A stretch of DNA of 64,000 nucleotides from assembly GCA_963727825.1 (NCBI GenBank), contig CAVSHO010000009.1, positions 128,001 to 192,000 on the forward strand, in the 5' to 3' direction. Positions 61,051-64,000 of this stretch are shown here, piece after piece (within the stretch, counting starts at the first letter, position 1; each line of letters starts with the position of its first letter). Both the position numbers and the translations under genes were made by a program. This DNA comes from Ignavibacteriota bacterium (GTDB lineage Bacteria; Bacteroidota; Ignavibacteria; UBA10030). A model generated the notes under the pieces. The model had not been told where the DNA came from. It was given only the letters and a program-made list of their open reading frames with translations, and did not search any database.

Positions 61051-61080
61051 AAAACCTCCGATAATTCTATCAGAGGTTTT
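61051..61080 (-). terminator. Probable terminator after the phosphohexomutase gene
   Basis: AAAACCTCCGATA-ATTC-TATCAGAGGTTTT. Confidence 0.6.
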
Positions 61081-61118
61081 ACTCAACTGCTCAAAGACTT
61101 ATTACTTACAGACTTTCT

Positions 61119-62518
61119 TTATACTCCCCGTGCTGCCTTCAATAATGCTTCTACTTTTTCCGGTGTCTCTGCTTCTGCATAGAAACGAATCAGTGGTTCC
61201 GTTCCAGATGCACGCACTAGCACCCAGCCGTTTTTTACGAAGAGTTTGAAACCATCCTTCGTTTCGATTCGCTGGATTGGAAATCCTGCAATTTGTTTCG
61301 GCCCTTTTTTATAGAACGCCATTACTCGATTCTTTTCCTTTTCAGTAAGATGGGCATCATTCCTATTGAAGTAATACCAGCCAAATTCCTCCATTAACTC
61401 GGTGACCAGCTCGCTTAGCTTCTTTTTCCGTGTAGCCATGATCTCTGCAAGCAGAAGACCGATATAAGTGCCATCGCGTTCCGGGAGATGGCCTTTGACA
61501 GCAAGTCCGCCGCTTTCTTCTGCCGCAATAAGTATATCGCGTTCAACCATTAATCGGCAGAGATACTTGAAACCAACTGGTGTTTCATGCAGAACTAGAC
61601 CGTATTTCTTGCACATCTTATCGATGATCTGACTGACTGAGAATGATTTTGCAACTTCACCTGTCATCTTCTTCTCTTCAATAAAATATTTAAGGAGAAG
61701 TGCGAAGATACGATGTGAGTCAACAAAGTTTCCTTTCTCATCGAACGCACCAATGCGATCTGCATCGCCGTCGGTTGCAATACCGATGTCGCATCCGTTC
61801 TTCACAATTGCCTCAATCAATCCAGGTGCATTTTGCGGTAATGGCTCAGGATTACTTCCACCAAACGATGGATTGAAGTCACCGCGAATGGAGACCTTCA
61901 ACGGAAGAATTTGATCCATCACACCTTGACCCGCGCCGTGCATGGCGTCATAAGCAATTTTAATTCCGGAAGATTTGATGAGATCAAGATTGATTTTGCT
62001 TTTAATATCTTCAATGTAAATTGCGGTGAAGTCAATTTTCTTTATTGTTCCTTTTTCCACTAACTCAATAAACGACTTCTTACTTTCTACTTTTGACTTT
62101 ATGACTTTTTTCAGTTCCTTCTCTACTTTTTCAATAATCTCTGGGAAAGCAGGACCGCCAAAATCACCTTTGATCTTGAAACCGTTATACCTTGCCGGGT
62201 TATGACTTGCTGTTATAACTACTCCGCCCGCAGCATTCAATTTTTTAGTTAGTAACGAGACCATCGGTGTAGAAGAAATTTTATCGGAAATAATGACTTT
62301 GGTACCCCGGTTAGCGATCACTTCGGCGGTCTTCTCTGCAAATTCTCTCGACAGGAAGCGTAGAATCATAGCCAATTACAATTCCATTTTTAATTTTCTT
62401 GTGACGCTTATAGATAATTCGCCGTTGCCAGCGCAACCTTCGCTATGTTCGCAAATGTAAAATCGTCGGCAATGACGCCGCGCCAACCATCTGTTCCGAA
62501 TTTAATTTGTGGTATCAT
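61119..62518 (-). CDS. Phosphoglucomutase/phosphomannomutase family (frameshifts near 62365 and 62418)
   Basis: [14 protein letters not shown] start at 62518; ITASHNP, DGDADR, AEESGG and RASGTEP. Confidence 0.9.
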
Positions 62519-62534
62519 GATTTTTTCTCCAGAC

Positions 62535-62572
62535 AAAAAAGCTGGTCAGGAGTAAAAACTCCTTCCCAGCTT
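62535..62572 (-). terminator. Probable terminator after eno
   Basis: Minus strand AAGCTGG..AGGAGT-TTTT-ACTCCT..CCAGC-T6. Confidence 0.6.
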
Positions 62573-62619
62573 ATTTATTATGCTCTTCATACTTACATTA
62601 CGCAAATATGGATATTCTT

Positions 62620-63987
<1,368 letters not shown>

Positions 63988-64000
63988 TCATCGCAGATTC

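Noticed and set aside
5020-62518. Apparent mass pseudogenisation or programmed frameshifting (ygiD, PAP2, PAS, ABC-F, xdhA, DUF4097, phosphohexomutase)
   Set aside because: These are single-base indels, several in homopolymers, scattered through otherwise intact and partly essential genes, so sequencing or assembly error is more likely.

Overview
Bacterial chromosomal segment of moderate-to-low GC. Gene content suggests Ignavibacteria/Bacteroidota, which is an inference. Most of it is housekeeping and metabolic: nadA/nadB, proBA, a BadF-kinase/GT2/DUF4922/SpoIID/AmpG cell-wall cluster, TlpA/DsbD, hemerythrins, galKT, xdhABC, two ECF sigma/anti-sigma modules, rlmD, a phosphohexomutase and eno. 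About ten genes carry single-base frameshifts, several in homopolymers, which points to an imperfectly polished assembly rather than real pseudogenes. Three things stand out. (1) tRNA-Leu(CAG) is preceded by two near-identical 346-bp units, each made of the tRNA 5' half plus a small GIY-YIG nuclease gene. (2) A family of 19-27-bp 'tetranucleotide + GC hairpin' micro-insertions (A|YYTR-YCYGCC-loop-GGCRGR) recurs across the window. Members land exactly at the 3' loop/stem junction of pre-existing hairpins (the tRNA D-arm and REP-like repeats), a different palindromic insert does the same in a terminator that has an empty twin, and related hairpins occur inside ampG and rlmD coding sequence. (3) A cassette encodes two paralogous small CPPxC proteins (one cytoplasmic, one signal-peptide-bearing and missed by the ORF track), a multi-pass membrane protein and a histidine kinase.
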